Of a stretch of 64,000 nt of DNA, positions 38,133-48,152 are shown piece by piece. Source of the DNA: an uncultured Alphaproteobacteria bacterium (GTDB lineage: Bacteria > Pseudomonadota > Alphaproteobacteria > Rhizobiales > Methyloligellaceae); contig CAWIUJ010000002.1 in NCBI GenBank assembly GCA_963839245.1, forward strand, positions 125,795-189,794, given 5' to 3'. The notes beneath the pieces were generated by a model. It saw nothing but the letters and a program-made list of their open reading frames with translations. It did no database searches and was not told where the DNA came from. Both the position numbers and the translations under genes were made by a program. The first letter of the stretch is position 1; each line of letters opens with the position of its first letter.

Positions 38133-38408
38133 ATGTCGTCTTTTCGCGCGAAGGCGCTCTTAGGCTGTGTTGCAATCTTGGGCTTTGTCGGCATGGCGCA
38201 GGCGGCGCCGATCACCCCGCTGGTGCAGCGGGAATGCCGCGAGGATTATCGTGCCTATTGCAAGGACTATGGGCTTGACACTCAAGCTCTCAGAAATTGC
38301 ATGGATCGGGCCGGCCGGAATCTGTCCCAGGGCTGCGTGAGCGCGCTGATCAAGGCGGGCGAAGTCTCGCAAGCCGAAGTGGACAGCCGAAAGCAATCGG
38401 GCCGATAA
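38133..38408 (+). CDS. Small exported four-Cys helical protein (cysteine-rich repeat type)
   Basis: Signal peptide ending AQA; CREDYRAYC...LRNCM...LSQGCVSALIKAGEVSQAEVD. Confidence 0.78.
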   Translation: MSSFRAKALLGCVAILGFVGMAQAAPITPLVQRECREDYRAYCKDYGLDTQALRNCMDRAGRNLSQGCVSALIKAGEVSQAEVDSRKQSGR

Positions 38409-38422
38409 GTTAGGCTACGCCG

Positions 38423-38881
38423 CTATTCCGACGGGCGCCACCGGCCGAAGGTCGCTGCCTGGCCGCGTAGCACGCCGTCCCGATCGACGAGCTGCCAGAC
38501 GACGCCATCCTCGATCCAGAACCGCTGTCCGGACTTGGCGATGCGCAAGCCTCGATAGCCGGTGGCGAAGCCGTTCCGGGCGACGGCGTCGAGCAGCTTT
38601 TGACGCTCCTCGCGGTCCGGGGCTTCGGCCGACAGGCGCGACGGGAGCGCGGTGAATTCGTCCCAATCATAGCCAAAGCAGGCTTGCGCCGACCGGTTCG
38701 CGTAGATGAAGCGCGGATCGGCGTCGGTGTTGTGGGCGACGACGCAATGGCGCGCGTCGCGGTAGAGCCAGAGCGCCGAATGGGGCTCACCCGCTTCGAG
38801 AAAAGGAGGCGGCGCGCCGACGCTGCGGCGATAACTCCCAACCAGCAGGTCAAAGAAGTCTGGATCGGATGCCAGGATCAT
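38423..38881 (-). CDS. Stand-alone MEKHLA (PAS-like) domain protein
   Basis: VVAHNTDADPRFIYANRSAQACFGYDWDEFTALPSRLSAE...GYRGLRIAKSGQRFWIEDGVVW. Confidence 0.9.
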   Translation of the reverse strand: MILASDPDFFDLLVGSYRRSVGAPPPFLEAGEPHSALWLYRDARHCVVAHNTDADPRFIYANRSAQACFGYDWDEFTALPSRLSAEAPDREERQKLLDAVARNGFATGYRGLRIAKSGQRFWIEDGVVWQLVDRDGVLRGQAATFGRWRPSE

Positions 38882-38901
38882 ACTCTATCCTTCGTCGCGC
38901 C

Positions 38902-38976
38902 CGCGCTTGTCCGGGCATCCACGGATTTCTTACTGTGAAGCAGGACGTGGATGGCCGGGACAAGCCCGGCCATGAC
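38902..38976. repeat. Inverted pair of Rhizobiales-type REP elements
   Basis: GCTTGTCCGGGCATCCACG ... CGTGGATGGCCGGGACAAGCCCGGCCATGAC. Confidence 0.75.
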
Positions 38977-39028
38977 AATAATGGGGGCCTTCGTGAACGG
39001 GGCGCATCTGTCAAAGAGAAGGAATGAC

Positions 39029-40300
39029 ATGATCGGGGAAGAGCTGATTTTTGTCGGGACGTGTGACATCGCAGGCCATGTGCGCGGCAAGGGGTTTCCG
39101 GCGAGCGAGCTCCCGGCGCGGCGGAAGAAGGGCATCGGCTGGACCCATTCCAATCTCATGCAGACGGCCTTCGGCCCGATCCTCGATACGCCTTTCGGCA
39201 CGGGCGGCGATCTGATGGTCGTGCCCGATGCGGATGCCGAGTGCCGCGTTGATTTCGCCGATGGCTCGGTCCCAGAGCATTTCTTCCTGGGCGACATCCG
39301 CAACACCGACGGAGGCCCTTGGGAGTGCTGTCCGCGCGAGTTTTTGCGCCGCGCCGTCGCGGCCCTGAAAGAAGCGACCGGCCTCAATCTGATCGCCGCC
39401 TTAGAGCAGGAGTTTGTTTATACCGGCCTCGAGGATCGTCCCGCACACGCCTATAGCCTAGGCGCTTGGCGCCGTCAGGGTGGGTTCGGCGGAAGCTTCA
39501 TCGCCGCGCTTCGCGCCGCTTGTGTCAAGCCGGACTCCTTCCTGCCCGAATACGGCTCGCGCCAATTCGAGGTCACGGTGGCGCCGCAACCGGCGCTGAA
39601 GGCTGCGGACTGGACAGTCATCGCCCGCGAGATGGCACGCGCGGTCGCCTTTCGCCTTGGCCATCGCGCCATCTTCTCGCCTATGCCCGTGGCGGACGGC
39701 GTCGGCAATGGCGTGCATATCCATTTCAGCCTGCACGATGCCAAAGGCCCCGCGACTCATGACCCGCAGGGGCCGCTCGGTTTGAGCGAGGCTGCCGCGC
39801 AGTTCTGCGCCGGGGTGCTGCACCATCTGCCGGCGATCTCGGCCATCACCGCGCCGTCGCCCGTGTCGTATCTCCGGCTTACGCCGAACCGCTGGGCGCC
39901 GACCTTGATCGACATCGTGAAGCAGGATCGCGGCGCCGCGCTTCGCGTTTGCCCGGTGTTCGCCGCCAAGGCGAAGAAGAAGATCGCGGAGCAGTTCAAT
40001 CTCGAGTTCCGCGTCTGCGACGGCGCGGCGAGCCCCTATATGGCGCTTGGTGCCCTGATCTTCGCCGGCGCCGACGGCATTGCCGGGAAGCTGGCGCTGC
40101 CGGAGGCGGGTTCCAATCCGCCGCCGCTGCCCCACTCGCTCGGCGAGGCACTCGACAAGATGGAGGTGAGCGCTGCGGTCAAGGAGTGGTTCGGACCGAC
40201 CTTTCTCGAGGCCTATCTCCGCCACAAGCGCTCGGAGCTTGGCTATGTCGCGGGCCTCGATCCAGCGGAGCTCTGCGCTCGCTATGCCGAGGTCTATTGA
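39029..40300 (+). CDS. Glutamine synthetase-like gamma-glutamyl ligase
   Basis: GHVRGKGFP, ALEQEF, FLPEYGSRQFEVT, GVGNGVHIHFS, SYLRLTP, NLEFRVCDGAASPY; AAGGAA RBS before ATG 39029. Confidence 0.88.
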   Translation: MIGEELIFVGTCDIAGHVRGKGFPASELPARRKKGIGWTHSNLMQTAFGPILDTPFGTGGDLMVVPDADAECRVDFADGSVPEHFFLGDIRNTDGGPWECCPREFLRRAVAALKEATGLNLIAALEQEFVYTGLEDRPAHAYSLGAWRRQGGFGGSFIAALRAACVKPDSFLPEYGSRQFEVTVAPQPALKAADWTVIAREMARAVAFRLGHRAIFSPMPVADGVGNGVHIHFSLHDAKGPATHDPQGPLGLSEAAAQFCAGVLHHLPAISAITAPSPVSYLRLTPNRWAPTLIDIVKQDRGAALRVCPVFAAKAKKKIAEQFNLEFRVCDGAASPYMALGALIFAGADGIAGKLALPEAGSNPPPLPHSLGEALDKMEVSAAVKEWFGPTFLEAYLRHKRSELGYVAGLDPAELCARYAEVY

Positions 40301-40920
40301 GGGATGAGATCCAGGACCTCTTGGGTCGAGAGCATGCGGCAATAGCCCTTGAAGCATTGCAGCGCCGCCCCGTGCCGCGCCGAGGTCTCGGCGGCGCAGG
40401 CGTCGTGAACGCAGCTCATGTAGTAGCCACGATCGGCGCCGTCCTTCACCGCGTGGTCGATGCATTGGTCGGTGAGGAAGCCCGCCACGAACACGTCCTC
40501 GATGCCGATATTGCGCAGCAGATAATCGAGGTTGGTGGAGTTGAACACCGAGGAGGAGGTCTTGGGCAGCATGAGCTCGTCGCCTTGCGGCGCCACCTCG
40601 GCAAGAACTTGCGCCTCCCACGAGCCCTTGGCGATCGAGTAGCCGGAGAGCTTGTAGTCGAGGCTGCGGTCGCGCCCGTCCGCGGTCAGATTCTCCATGA
40701 CCGTGTAGATCACTTCCAGCCCCGCGCGCCGGAAGGCTTCGAGCAGCCGGCGGAGATTGGGGATGACGCGGCTCTTCGCTGCGGCGTGGAATTCGGGCTG
40801 CGATCTCTCCTGCGCCGGACCGAAGGTCGCGTTCTGCACATCGATCACGAGCAGGGCGGCGCGGCCCTTCACGATCTGCCGGTCACGGGTCAGGTGCGGC
40901 GGCACGCCTTCAGCCTCCAT
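40294..40920 (-). CDS. Isochorismatase-family cysteine hydrolase
   Basis: AALLVIDVQN, LPKTSSSVFNST, AGFLTDQCIDHAVKDGADRGY. Confidence 0.9.
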   Translation of the reverse strand: MEAEGVPPHLTRDRQIVKGRAALLVIDVQNATFGPAQERSQPEFHAAAKSRVIPNLRRLLEAFRRAGLEVIYTVMENLTADGRDRSLDYKLSGYSIAKGSWEAQVLAEVAPQGDELMLPKTSSSVFNSTNLDYLLRNIGIEDVFVAGFLTDQCIDHAVKDGADRGYYMSCVHDACAAETSARHGAALQCFKGYCRMLSTQEVLDLIPQ

Positions 40921-41665
40921 AGCGCTCGGTGCGAATGATATTGGCGGCGATGCCCGAAGCGATGGCGCCTTGGCTCGCTGTCTCCACGAAGGGATTGGCG
41001 CCGCAGATATAGACCCGGTTCGGGGTTTGCGTCAGCAGCTCGGTGAGTATAGCCGTATCGACGCGGCGCCCATAGTCGCGCTCCCGGCGCGCGGGCTCGC
41101 GCGTCAACGCGAAGACCAGCTCGAAGCCGTCTCGCCGGTTGTGCAGAGCGATGAGCTCGTCACGGAAGATGATCTCGTCCCAGCTCCGCGCCGAATAAAG
41201 CAGCAGCGCCTGCACGCCCGAGCCTTGTGCGGCGCGATGGCGAATCATCGACATCAGAGGTACCACGCCGGAGCCACCGCCAATCAGGAGCAGCGGTCCG
41301 CCATCTTCAATGTCCCAGACGAAATGGCCGCCGATCGGTCCGCGCAATTCGATCTCGTCGCCGACCGCAGCCACCTCATGGAAGAAGGGTGAGACCTCGC
41401 CGTCATCGAGCTCTTCGATGGCAAGCTCGATCAGCTCCGCGGTCTCCGGCGCCGAGGCAATGGAATAGCTGCGCTCGGCGCGGTACCCGTCAGGTGCGGT
41501 CAGCCGAACGTCGACATGCTGTCCGGCGCGGAAGGAGAAAGGGTACGGCGGCGCAAAGAAGAAGCTCTTCACGCGCGGCGTTTGCGGAACGATGGCGGCG
41601 ATCGCCGCTTGCTGCCAGTGCAACGCGGCCCGGCCATTCAGGCTGGCGGCGTCGGCCTCAGTCAC
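40910..41665 (-). CDS. FAD/NAD(P)H-binding ferredoxin reductase-like oxidoreductase
   Basis: RSYSIAS, GEVSPFF, LIGGGSGVVP, YICGANPFV; GTG start overlaps the upstream stop. Confidence 0.88.
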   Translation of the reverse strand: MTEADAASLNGRAALHWQQAAIAAIVPQTPRVKSFFFAPPYPFSFRAGQHVDVRLTAPDGYRAERSYSIASAPETAELIELAIEELDDGEVSPFFHEVAAVGDEIELRGPIGGHFVWDIEDGGPLLLIGGGSGVVPLMSMIRHRAAQGSGVQALLLYSARSWDEIIFRDELIALHNRRDGFELVFALTREPARRERDYGRRVDTAILTELLTQTPNRVYICGANPFVETASQGAIASGIAANIIRTERYGG

Positions 41666-42263
41666 CGGTGAAGCGCTGCTCGCGCCAAGGGTCGCCATAG
41701 ATGTGATAGCCGCGCAGCTCCCAGAATCCAGCAACGTCGGTCTCGGTGAATTGGAGTCCATTCACCCATTTCGCCGACTTCCAGAAATAGAGATGCGGCA
41801 CCAGAAGCCGCGCCGGTCCACCATGATCTGGCGGCAGCGGCGCGCCGGCATAGTGAAGCGCGATCATGGCCTTGCCGCCGACGAGATCCGCGGCCGGCAC
41901 GTTGGTCGAATAGCCGTCATAGGAATGAGCGAGCGTGTAGGGCGTGGGCGGCGCATCGAGGCCGGCCGCAGCCAGGACGTCGTCGATCAGCACGCCCTGC
42001 CAGGCCGTGTCGAGCTTCGACCATTTTGTTACGCAATGGATATCGCGCGTCTGGTTGGTTTGGGGCAGCGCCTTGAACTCCGCCCAATTCCACCGCGCGA
42101 TCGGTCTCGGCCCATTTTTCAGCGTGAAGGACCAGTCCTCGGTGCGAATGTGTGGCGTGGGGCTGGCGGAGAGGACCGGGAAATCCTCCGCCAGCGACTG
42201 CCCCGGGGGCAGCCGTTTGGCGTCCGGCGGACGCTGCCGTCCCGTGAAGCCCCGCGTTACCAT
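41658..42263 (-). CDS. Sulfite-oxidase-family molybdopterin oxidoreductase, no export signal
   Basis: LPPGQ, DIHCVTKWSK (Mo-ligand Cys), HGGPARLLVPHLYFWKSAKWV, GFWELRGYH. Confidence 0.88.
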   Translation of the reverse strand: MVTRGFTGRQRPPDAKRLPPGQSLAEDFPVLSASPTPHIRTEDWSFTLKNGPRPIARWNWAEFKALPQTNQTRDIHCVTKWSKLDTAWQGVLIDDVLAAAGLDAPPTPYTLAHSYDGYSTNVPAADLVGGKAMIALHYAGAPLPPDHGGPARLLVPHLYFWKSAKWVNGLQFTETDVAGFWELRGYHIYGDPWREQRFTGD

Positions 42264-42434
42264 TGCTTCCACCCTGTTGGTCGCAGCCGACGATAGCAGA
42301 CCATGGTTGGTTTTGCTTACGACCAGTGACCGCCATCGGTCCAAGCTGGATGCGTGCCCTTTTTGTCACCTTCGGCGCCGCTATCGCCGCAACGTTGGCC
42401 ACGTTATGGTGTCGGCATAAAGTAGGAGGCGCCA

Positions 42435-42911
42435 ATGGCCTTCACCATCAAAGTCAACGGCGTCGACCGAAGCGTCGATGTCGACGGCGATACACCGCTA
42501 CTCTGGGTCTTGCGCGATGTGATCGGGCTGACCGGCACGAAGTTCGGTTGCGGCATCGCGCTCTGTGGCGCCTGCACGGTGCATTTGAATGGAACTCCCA
42601 TCCGCTCCTGCATGATGCCCGTCGAGAGCGTGGGCGATGGGGCAATCACCACCATCGAGGCGATCAGCGACACTCCCGCGGGCAAGGAGATCCAAGACGC
42701 GTGGCTTGACGTTGAAGTCGTCCAGTGCGGCTATTGCCAGTCAGGCCAGATCATGTCGGCGTCCGCCCTGCTTGCGAGCAATCCCAATCCGAGCGACGCC
42801 GATATCGACGCGGCGATGTCCGGCAACATTTGCCGCTGCGGCACCTATCTTCGTATTCGTGACGCGATCAAGCAGGCGGCGAAAGCCAGTGCCCCCGGAC
42901 AGGCGGGCTAG
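42435..42911 (+). CDS. Xanthine-dehydrogenase-family 2x[2Fe-2S] subunit (IorA-like)
   Basis: [16 protein letters not shown]...[18 protein letters not shown]. Confidence 0.92.
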   Translation: MAFTIKVNGVDRSVDVDGDTPLLWVLRDVIGLTGTKFGCGIALCGACTVHLNGTPIRSCMMPVESVGDGAITTIEAISDTPAGKEIQDAWLDVEVVQCGYCQSGQIMSASALLASNPNPSDADIDAAMSGNICRCGTYLRIRDAIKQAAKASAPGQAG

Positions 42912-42913
42912 TC

Positions 42914-45109
42914 ATGCGCTTCGACAATCCTAAAGCCGATGATGTGGCCGGTGCGGTGCGCTCGAAAGGTCTCTCCCGCCGGGGTTTCTTGCAAGCCGGC
43001 GCCGCTGTCGGCGGCGGTCTGCTGCTGAGCTTCAAGGTTCCGTTGGGACTTCGCGGCGTGCTCGCGGCACCTGCGGAGACCTTCGCGCCGAACGCCTTCA
43101 TCCGTATCGACGGGGACGGCAGGGTGATGCTGATCATGCCGCAAGTCGAGATGGGCCAAGGCACCTATACGTCGATGCCGATGATCATCGCCGAGGAGTT
43201 GGAGGTTCAGCTCAGCCAGGTGCAGCTCGAAGCGGCGCCACCCAACCGGAAGCTTTATATCAATCCCTTGGTCGGCGACCAGGCGACCGGCGGCTCGACT
43301 TCAGTGCGCGCTTTCTTCGATCCGCTCCGCCGCGCCGGCGCTACCGCGCGGACCATGCTGGTGGATGCTGCCGCCGCGACGTGGAACGTCGATGCGTTCT
43401 CATGCCGTGCCGAGAAGGGCACGGTGGTTCACGACTCGACCGGTCGGACGCTGACCTACGGAGCCTTGGCCAGAAAGGCGGCTACCATGCCGGTGCCGGA
43501 CCAAGTCACGCTCAAGGACCCGAAGGACTTCAAGCTGATCGGCACGCCCGCCAAGCGGCTCGATGCGGCCGGCAAGGTCAACGGCGCGACGGTGTACGGC
43601 ATCGATGTCAGGCTGCCGGGCATGAAGGTGGCGACGCTCTCGCAGTGCCCGGTGTTTGGCGGCACGCTCGCCAGCGTCGACGACAGCAAGGCGCTTGCCG
43701 TCAAGGGCGTTCACCAGGTGGTCCGCCTGCCCGACGCGGTGGCGGTGGTCGCCGACCACATGGGAGCCGCCAAGAAGGGGCTCGCTGCGCTCGACATCAA
43801 ATGGGACGATGGCCAGAACGCGGCGCTGACCACGGCCGACATCGTCAGCCAATTGGAAAACGCCTTACAGCAGCCAGGCGCGCTCGCCCGCAACACTGGC
43901 GACGTCGACGCGGCCATGGAGGGGGCCGCCACCAAGGTCGAGGCGAGCTATCAGGTCCCGTTTCTCGCCCACGCGGCCATGGAGCCGATGAATTGCACGG
44001 TGGATGTGCGGAAAGACGGCTGCGACGTCTGGGTCGGCACGCAGGTGGTCGCCCGCGCTCAAGACGCCGCCGCCAAGATCACCGGGCTGCCTTTGGACAA
44101 GGTTCAGGTCCACAATCATCTGATCGGCGGTGGCTTCGGCAGGCGGCTCGATATCGATGGCGTTATCCGCGCCGTACAGATCGCCAAGCAGGTCGACGGC
44201 CCGGTGAAAGTCATCTGGACCCGCGAGGAAGACATCCAGCACGACTTGTATCGTCCCTATTTCTACGATCGCGTTTCGGCGGGACTTGATGCGGACGGCA
44301 ATCCCGTGGCCTGGAGCCATCGTTTCGCCGGCTCCTCGATCATCGCCCGCTGGGCGCCGCCGGCCTTTAAGGATGGTCTCGATCCCGACACTATTGATGG
44401 CGCCGTCGAGCCGCCTTATGCGCTCCTGAATATCAGGGTCGACTATGTCCAGCAGGAGCCGCCGGGCATCCCCACCGCGTTCTGGCGAAGCGTCGGTCCG
44501 TCGCACAATATCTTCGTCGTCGAGAGTTTCGTCGACGAGCTTGCGGCCGCGGCGAAGAAGGATCCGGTCGAGTTTCGCCGCGCTCTGCTCGACACCAATC
44601 CACGGGCGAAGACGGTCCTCGATCTTGCGGCGGAAAAGGCCGGGTGGGGCCAACCGCTGGCGCCACGCGTAGGCCGCGGCGTGTCGCTCCAGTCCGTGTT
44701 CGGCAGCTATATGGCCGAGGTCGCCGAAGTTGCGGTCTCCAAGGACGGCGAGGTCCATGTCCAGCGCGTCGTCTGCGCCGTGGACTGCGGCATCCCCATC
44801 AATCCCGATACCATCAGGGCGCAGGTCCAAGGCGCAATCATCTTCGGCCTCAGCGCGGCCCTCTATGGCCAAATCACCCTGAAAGGCGGTCGTGTCGAGC
44901 AGAACAATTTCAACGACTATCAGGTCTTGCGCATGAGTGAGGCGCCGGTCATCGAGGTTCACCTCATCAAGAACACCGAAAGCCCTGGAGGCATGGGCGA
45001 ACCCGGAACCTCCGCGCTGCCGCCGGCGGTCACCAACGCCATTTTTGCTGCGACGGGCGTGCGGTTGCGCAAGTTGCCGATCGATCCGGCGCTGCTCAAA
45101 TCCACCTAA
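42914..45109 (+). CDS. Molybdopterin-binding subunit (IorB-like) with Tat signal
   Basis: SRRGFLQ Tat motif, [33 protein letters not shown]. Confidence 0.92.
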   Translation: MRFDNPKADDVAGAVRSKGLSRRGFLQAGAAVGGGLLLSFKVPLGLRGVLAAPAETFAPNAFIRIDGDGRVMLIMPQVEMGQGTYTSMPMIIAEELEVQLSQVQLEAAPPNRKLYINPLVGDQATGGSTSVRAFFDPLRRAGATARTMLVDAAAATWNVDAFSCRAEKGTVVHDSTGRTLTYGALARKAATMPVPDQVTLKDPKDFKLIGTPAKRLDAAGKVNGATVYGIDVRLPGMKVATLSQCPVFGGTLASVDDSKALAVKGVHQVVRLPDAVAVVADHMGAAKKGLAALDIKWDDGQNAALTTADIVSQLENALQQPGALARNTGDVDAAMEGAATKVEASYQVPFLAHAAMEPMNCTVDVRKDGCDVWVGTQVVARAQDAAAKITGLPLDKVQVHNHLIGGGFGRRLDIDGVIRAVQIAKQVDGPVKVIWTREEDIQHDLYRPYFYDRVSAGLDADGNPVAWSHRFAGSSIIARWAPPAFKDGLDPDTIDGAVEPPYALLNIRVDYVQQEPPGIPTAFWRSVGPSHNIFVVESFVDELAAAAKKDPVEFRRALLDTNPRAKTVLDLAAEKAGWGQPLAPRVGRGVSLQSVFGSYMAEVAEVAVSKDGEVHVQRVVCAVDCGIPINPDTIRAQVQGAIIFGLSAALYGQITLKGGRVEQNNFNDYQVLRMSEAPVIEVHLIKNTESPGGMGEPGTSALPPAVTNAIFAATGVRLRKLPIDPALLKST

Positions 45110-45241
45110 CCCCCCGTGCGGCAAATGGTGGCGGGCGGCGCCCTGAGGCGTGATGCCGCCCCTCGCGGTTTCAAACTTTAATCGTCATGGCGGACTATTA
45201 AGTCTGGCGAAGTCGCACGTGAAGCCGCGAGGAGTGAACGC

Positions 45242-46147
45242 ATGACCGAGACGATGCAAAAAGGCAGCACGCCAAAGCTGGATGCCCGGAAATCAGGCAC
45301 GTTCAAGATCGGCGACGATACCGAAATCCATCGCCTCGGCTTCGGCGCGATGCGCATCACGGGTCCCGGCATCTGGGGTCCACCTAAAGATCGAGCGGAG
45401 GCGTTTCGGACGCTGAAGCGCGTGCCCGAGCTCGGCATCGATTTCATCGACACCGCGGATTCCTATGGGCCGGACGTCTCCGAGCGGCTCGTCCGCGAAG
45501 CGCTCTACCCTTATGACGGCATCCTGATTGCCACCAAGGCTGGGTTCAGGCGGCCTGGCCCGAGCGCCTGGGAGATGGACGGGCGACCTGATTGTCTGCG
45601 CAACCAGGCGATCAAGAGCCGCGAGCAGCTCGGGGTCGAGCGGATCGGGCTGTGGCAATTGCACCGCATCGACCCGAAGGTACCGCGCGACGAGCAGTTC
45701 GCCGCGATCAAGTCGCTGCTCGATGATGGGATCATCCAGCATGCGGGCTTGAGCGAGGTTTCGGTCGCCGACATCGAGGCCGCTTCGAAAGTCTTCAAGG
45801 TGGCGACGGTGCAGAACCGGTACAATCTCGTCGATCGCGGCAGCGAAGCCGTACTCGCCTATTGCGAGAAGCACGGCATCGGCTTCATCCCGTGGTTTCC
45901 GCTCGCCGCCGGCGACCTCGCCAAGCCCGGCTCGATCCTCGATTCAATCGCCAAGGCCAAAGGCGCCAGCTCAAGCCAGATCGCGCTTGCCTGGGTGTTG
46001 AAGCGCAGCCCCGTCCTGCTACCGATTCCCGGCACGTCGAAGGTCGCGCATCTCGAGGAGAACGTCGCCGCCGTGAATATCACGCTGTCGGATGAGGATT
46101 TTGCACGCCTCGACCGCGCGGCCCGCGCCGAATCCAAGGCGTCATAG
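45242..46147 (+). CDS. Aldo/keto reductase
   Basis: [41 protein letters not shown]. Confidence 0.92.
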   Translation: MTETMQKGSTPKLDARKSGTFKIGDDTEIHRLGFGAMRITGPGIWGPPKDRAEAFRTLKRVPELGIDFIDTADSYGPDVSERLVREALYPYDGILIATKAGFRRPGPSAWEMDGRPDCLRNQAIKSREQLGVERIGLWQLHRIDPKVPRDEQFAAIKSLLDDGIIQHAGLSEVSVADIEAASKVFKVATVQNRYNLVDRGSEAVLAYCEKHGIGFIPWFPLAAGDLAKPGSILDSIAKAKGASSSQIALAWVLKRSPVLLPIPGTSKVAHLEENVAAVNITLSDEDFARLDRAARAESKAS

Positions 46148-46214
46148 CGCGACGTTAAGATATCTGACGTTGGTACGTCCCTCATTCCTGGCGTGCTCCA
46201 TGCTACCGTCGGGC

Positions 46215-46547
46215 ATGATCAAAGCGGGGAACATAAAAGGCGGTCCGTCGCGGCCGCTTGACGATGAGGTCGCGGACATCCTCGTCGAGGGGCGGGACCT
46301 ATGCATCGAGCGCATCGTCTCCACCGGCCAGGCGACGCCGGAAGGCCAATGGTACGATCAGGAGACCGATGAGTTTGTGCTGGTCGTGGCGGGTGCGGCG
46401 CGTTTGAGGATCGAGGGCGAGGATCGGGACCGCGAGCTTGCTCAAGGCGATTGGCTGCTGGTCCCCGCGCATTGCCGCCATCGTGTCGCCTGGACGCTAA
46501 GCGATCCCCCGACCATCTGGCTCGCGGTGCATTTCTCGAGCGATTGA
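46215..46547 (+). CDS. Cupin-domain protein
   Basis: IERIVSTGQATPEGQWYDQETDEFVLV...GDWLLVPAHCRHRVAWT. Confidence 0.85.
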   Translation: MIKAGNIKGGPSRPLDDEVADILVEGRDLCIERIVSTGQATPEGQWYDQETDEFVLVVAGAARLRIEGEDRDRELAQGDWLLVPAHCRHRVAWTLSDPPTIWLAVHFSSD

Positions 46548-46549
46548 TC

Positions 46550-47350
46550 CTTGAGCCGAAGGGTCACCCTCAAGGGGCGGCTCGCGGCCCTTGGAGTCGC
46601 CGACGAAATGCCGGTAGAGCGCCTCAGCCCGGTTGGCGTAGGAGGCCTCGCCGATGCCGAGAAGCGAGGGCATGCTCTCGCCGGCCCAGGCCAAGCCATA
46701 ATAGCCCCAGACATCCGGCCCCTGGCGCGCGAGGTAAGGCACGGCTTGCAGATCGCCGGGTCCGAACAGTTTGATGAGAAATCTGCTAACCGGGCTCGCA
46801 TTCTCGATCGCCACGGAAAACCCGCTCGGGCCTATTTCCCGAACGCGCATGCGGTAGACGACGTCCCCGGACGAGCGGTTGTCGGTTTGCGCGAAATAGA
46901 GATCATGACCGCTTCTCATCTCGGCCAAGGTGAAGTCGGCTCTAGGGTGTGTAACATCTGGTCCATCCAATGCCGTGGCATGGGTGATCAGGGTGCGCCA
47001 GCCGCCTTCGGTGACGGACCAATATTGGATGCCTGCCGACGCCGAAATGGCGCCGAAGCGCGCGAGCAGCCCGTCGGCGCCGCCGCGATAGGAAAAGCGC
47101 CCGGCAAGCGCCACGAGAACCCCGCCGCTGGAGGAACCCAGGGCGTGCTCAGCTCATGACTATTCCAGACGCGGAGATTGGGCGCTCCGCCCGGGCTCGC
47201 ATAGTCGGGGAAGGACGGGGTGGCGGCACAGGGTGGCACGGGAAGCTCGGCGGCGGCTGCCGTTCCAACCGAACCCAGCACCACGGCAATGGCGAGGAGC
47301 GTCCTCGCAGCAAAGAGGCCGAGGCGATCGATCTGCAACTGGCCGGCCAC
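46550..47350 (-). pseudogene. Exported hypothetical protein (DUF6675-like, tentative) with internal deletion/frameshift near 47120
   Basis: Signal peptide plus LPVPPCA...NLRVW...WVPPA in one frame; VALAGRF...GIQYWSVT...DNRSSG...SYANRAEALYRH in another. The 3' end is uncertain. Confidence 0.55.
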
Positions 47351-47355
47351 GCGCC

Positions 47356-48042
47356 CTATTTTTCGCCCTCGATCTCAAGCGTGACCAGCCTCGCCAGCAA
47401 TGTTGCCGGATAGAGTTGGCCAATCATGGCCTCGACGTTGCAAAGGCTGCGGGCGATAGGGTGCACCGGCGCAATATCGCCGGAGCCCGCCGTCGTCAGC
47501 GTGCCGAAGCTGAAATAGATGATCTCGCTCGCGAGCGTTGGTGTGTCCGTGACCGTCATGCCGGAATAGGCATCCGGGATCAGCAAACCCACGAAGGTAT
47601 AGAGCGCGACGAAGGTCATGCCGATGGCGAGGTAGAGCAGGATCGCGCCCATGATGCGATGGTAGGTGATGCGTCCCGGAGCGAAAACCGCGCGCGCAAC
47701 CACCCAGCTCAGAGCGAGTCCAATGAGGATCCACGCGCTGGCGTCGAGGTAGAGATCGAGGCGCGAGGGTTGCTGGAGGCGAAGCACCGTGGCCCAAGTC
47801 GAGAGGCCGAGGCCCATCAGCATCACAATATAGGCGGTGGAGAGTCCGGACTGGAACAAGACGGCGACCAGCACCAAGAGCGCACTGGCGTATCCGACTG
47901 CGCTCCGGATGACCCCCTCCGCGTGAAGCGGGGCAATCACGAACAGGATGAGAGCGAGCAGGATGGTGAGCACGGTGAGGAGCGGATCGCGCAGACGCTC
48001 CTGCAAACTCTTGAAGCGCTTCTTGATGACGGGGTCGATCAC
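47356..48042 (-). CDS. Two-TM potassium-channel-like (Ion_trans_2) membrane protein
   Basis: Multiple TMs; IYFSFGTLTTAGSGDIAPVHPIAR pore-like segment (filter deviates from GYG); probable GTG start 48042. Confidence 0.82.
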   Translation of the reverse strand: MIDPVIKKRFKSLQERLRDPLLTVLTILLALILFVIAPLHAEGVIRSAVGYASALLVLVAVLFQSGLSTAYIVMLMGLGLSTWATVLRLQQPSRLDLYLDASAWILIGLALSWVVARAVFAPGRITYHRIMGAILLYLAIGMTFVALYTFVGLLIPDAYSGMTVTDTPTLASEIIYFSFGTLTTAGSGDIAPVHPIARSLCNVEAMIGQLYPATLLARLVTLEIEGEK

Positions 48043-48152
48043 GCTTCCAAGTCCCTGCCCGAGCTGACCGGCATGAGAATTGGCCCGAGGACACGCCTCT
48101 TGGCAATCGCTTTTGATGGCGACGAGGTCCTGGTAACAGGCAGCGCCTAAGG

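Noticed and set aside
39029-40300. GS-like gene as gmaS (gamma-glutamylmethylamide synthetase) or true glnA
   Set aside because: It does not resemble the GmaS N-terminus as I recall it, no mgs/mgd genes are adjacent, and it is divergent from canonical GSI; left as a generic GS-like ligase.
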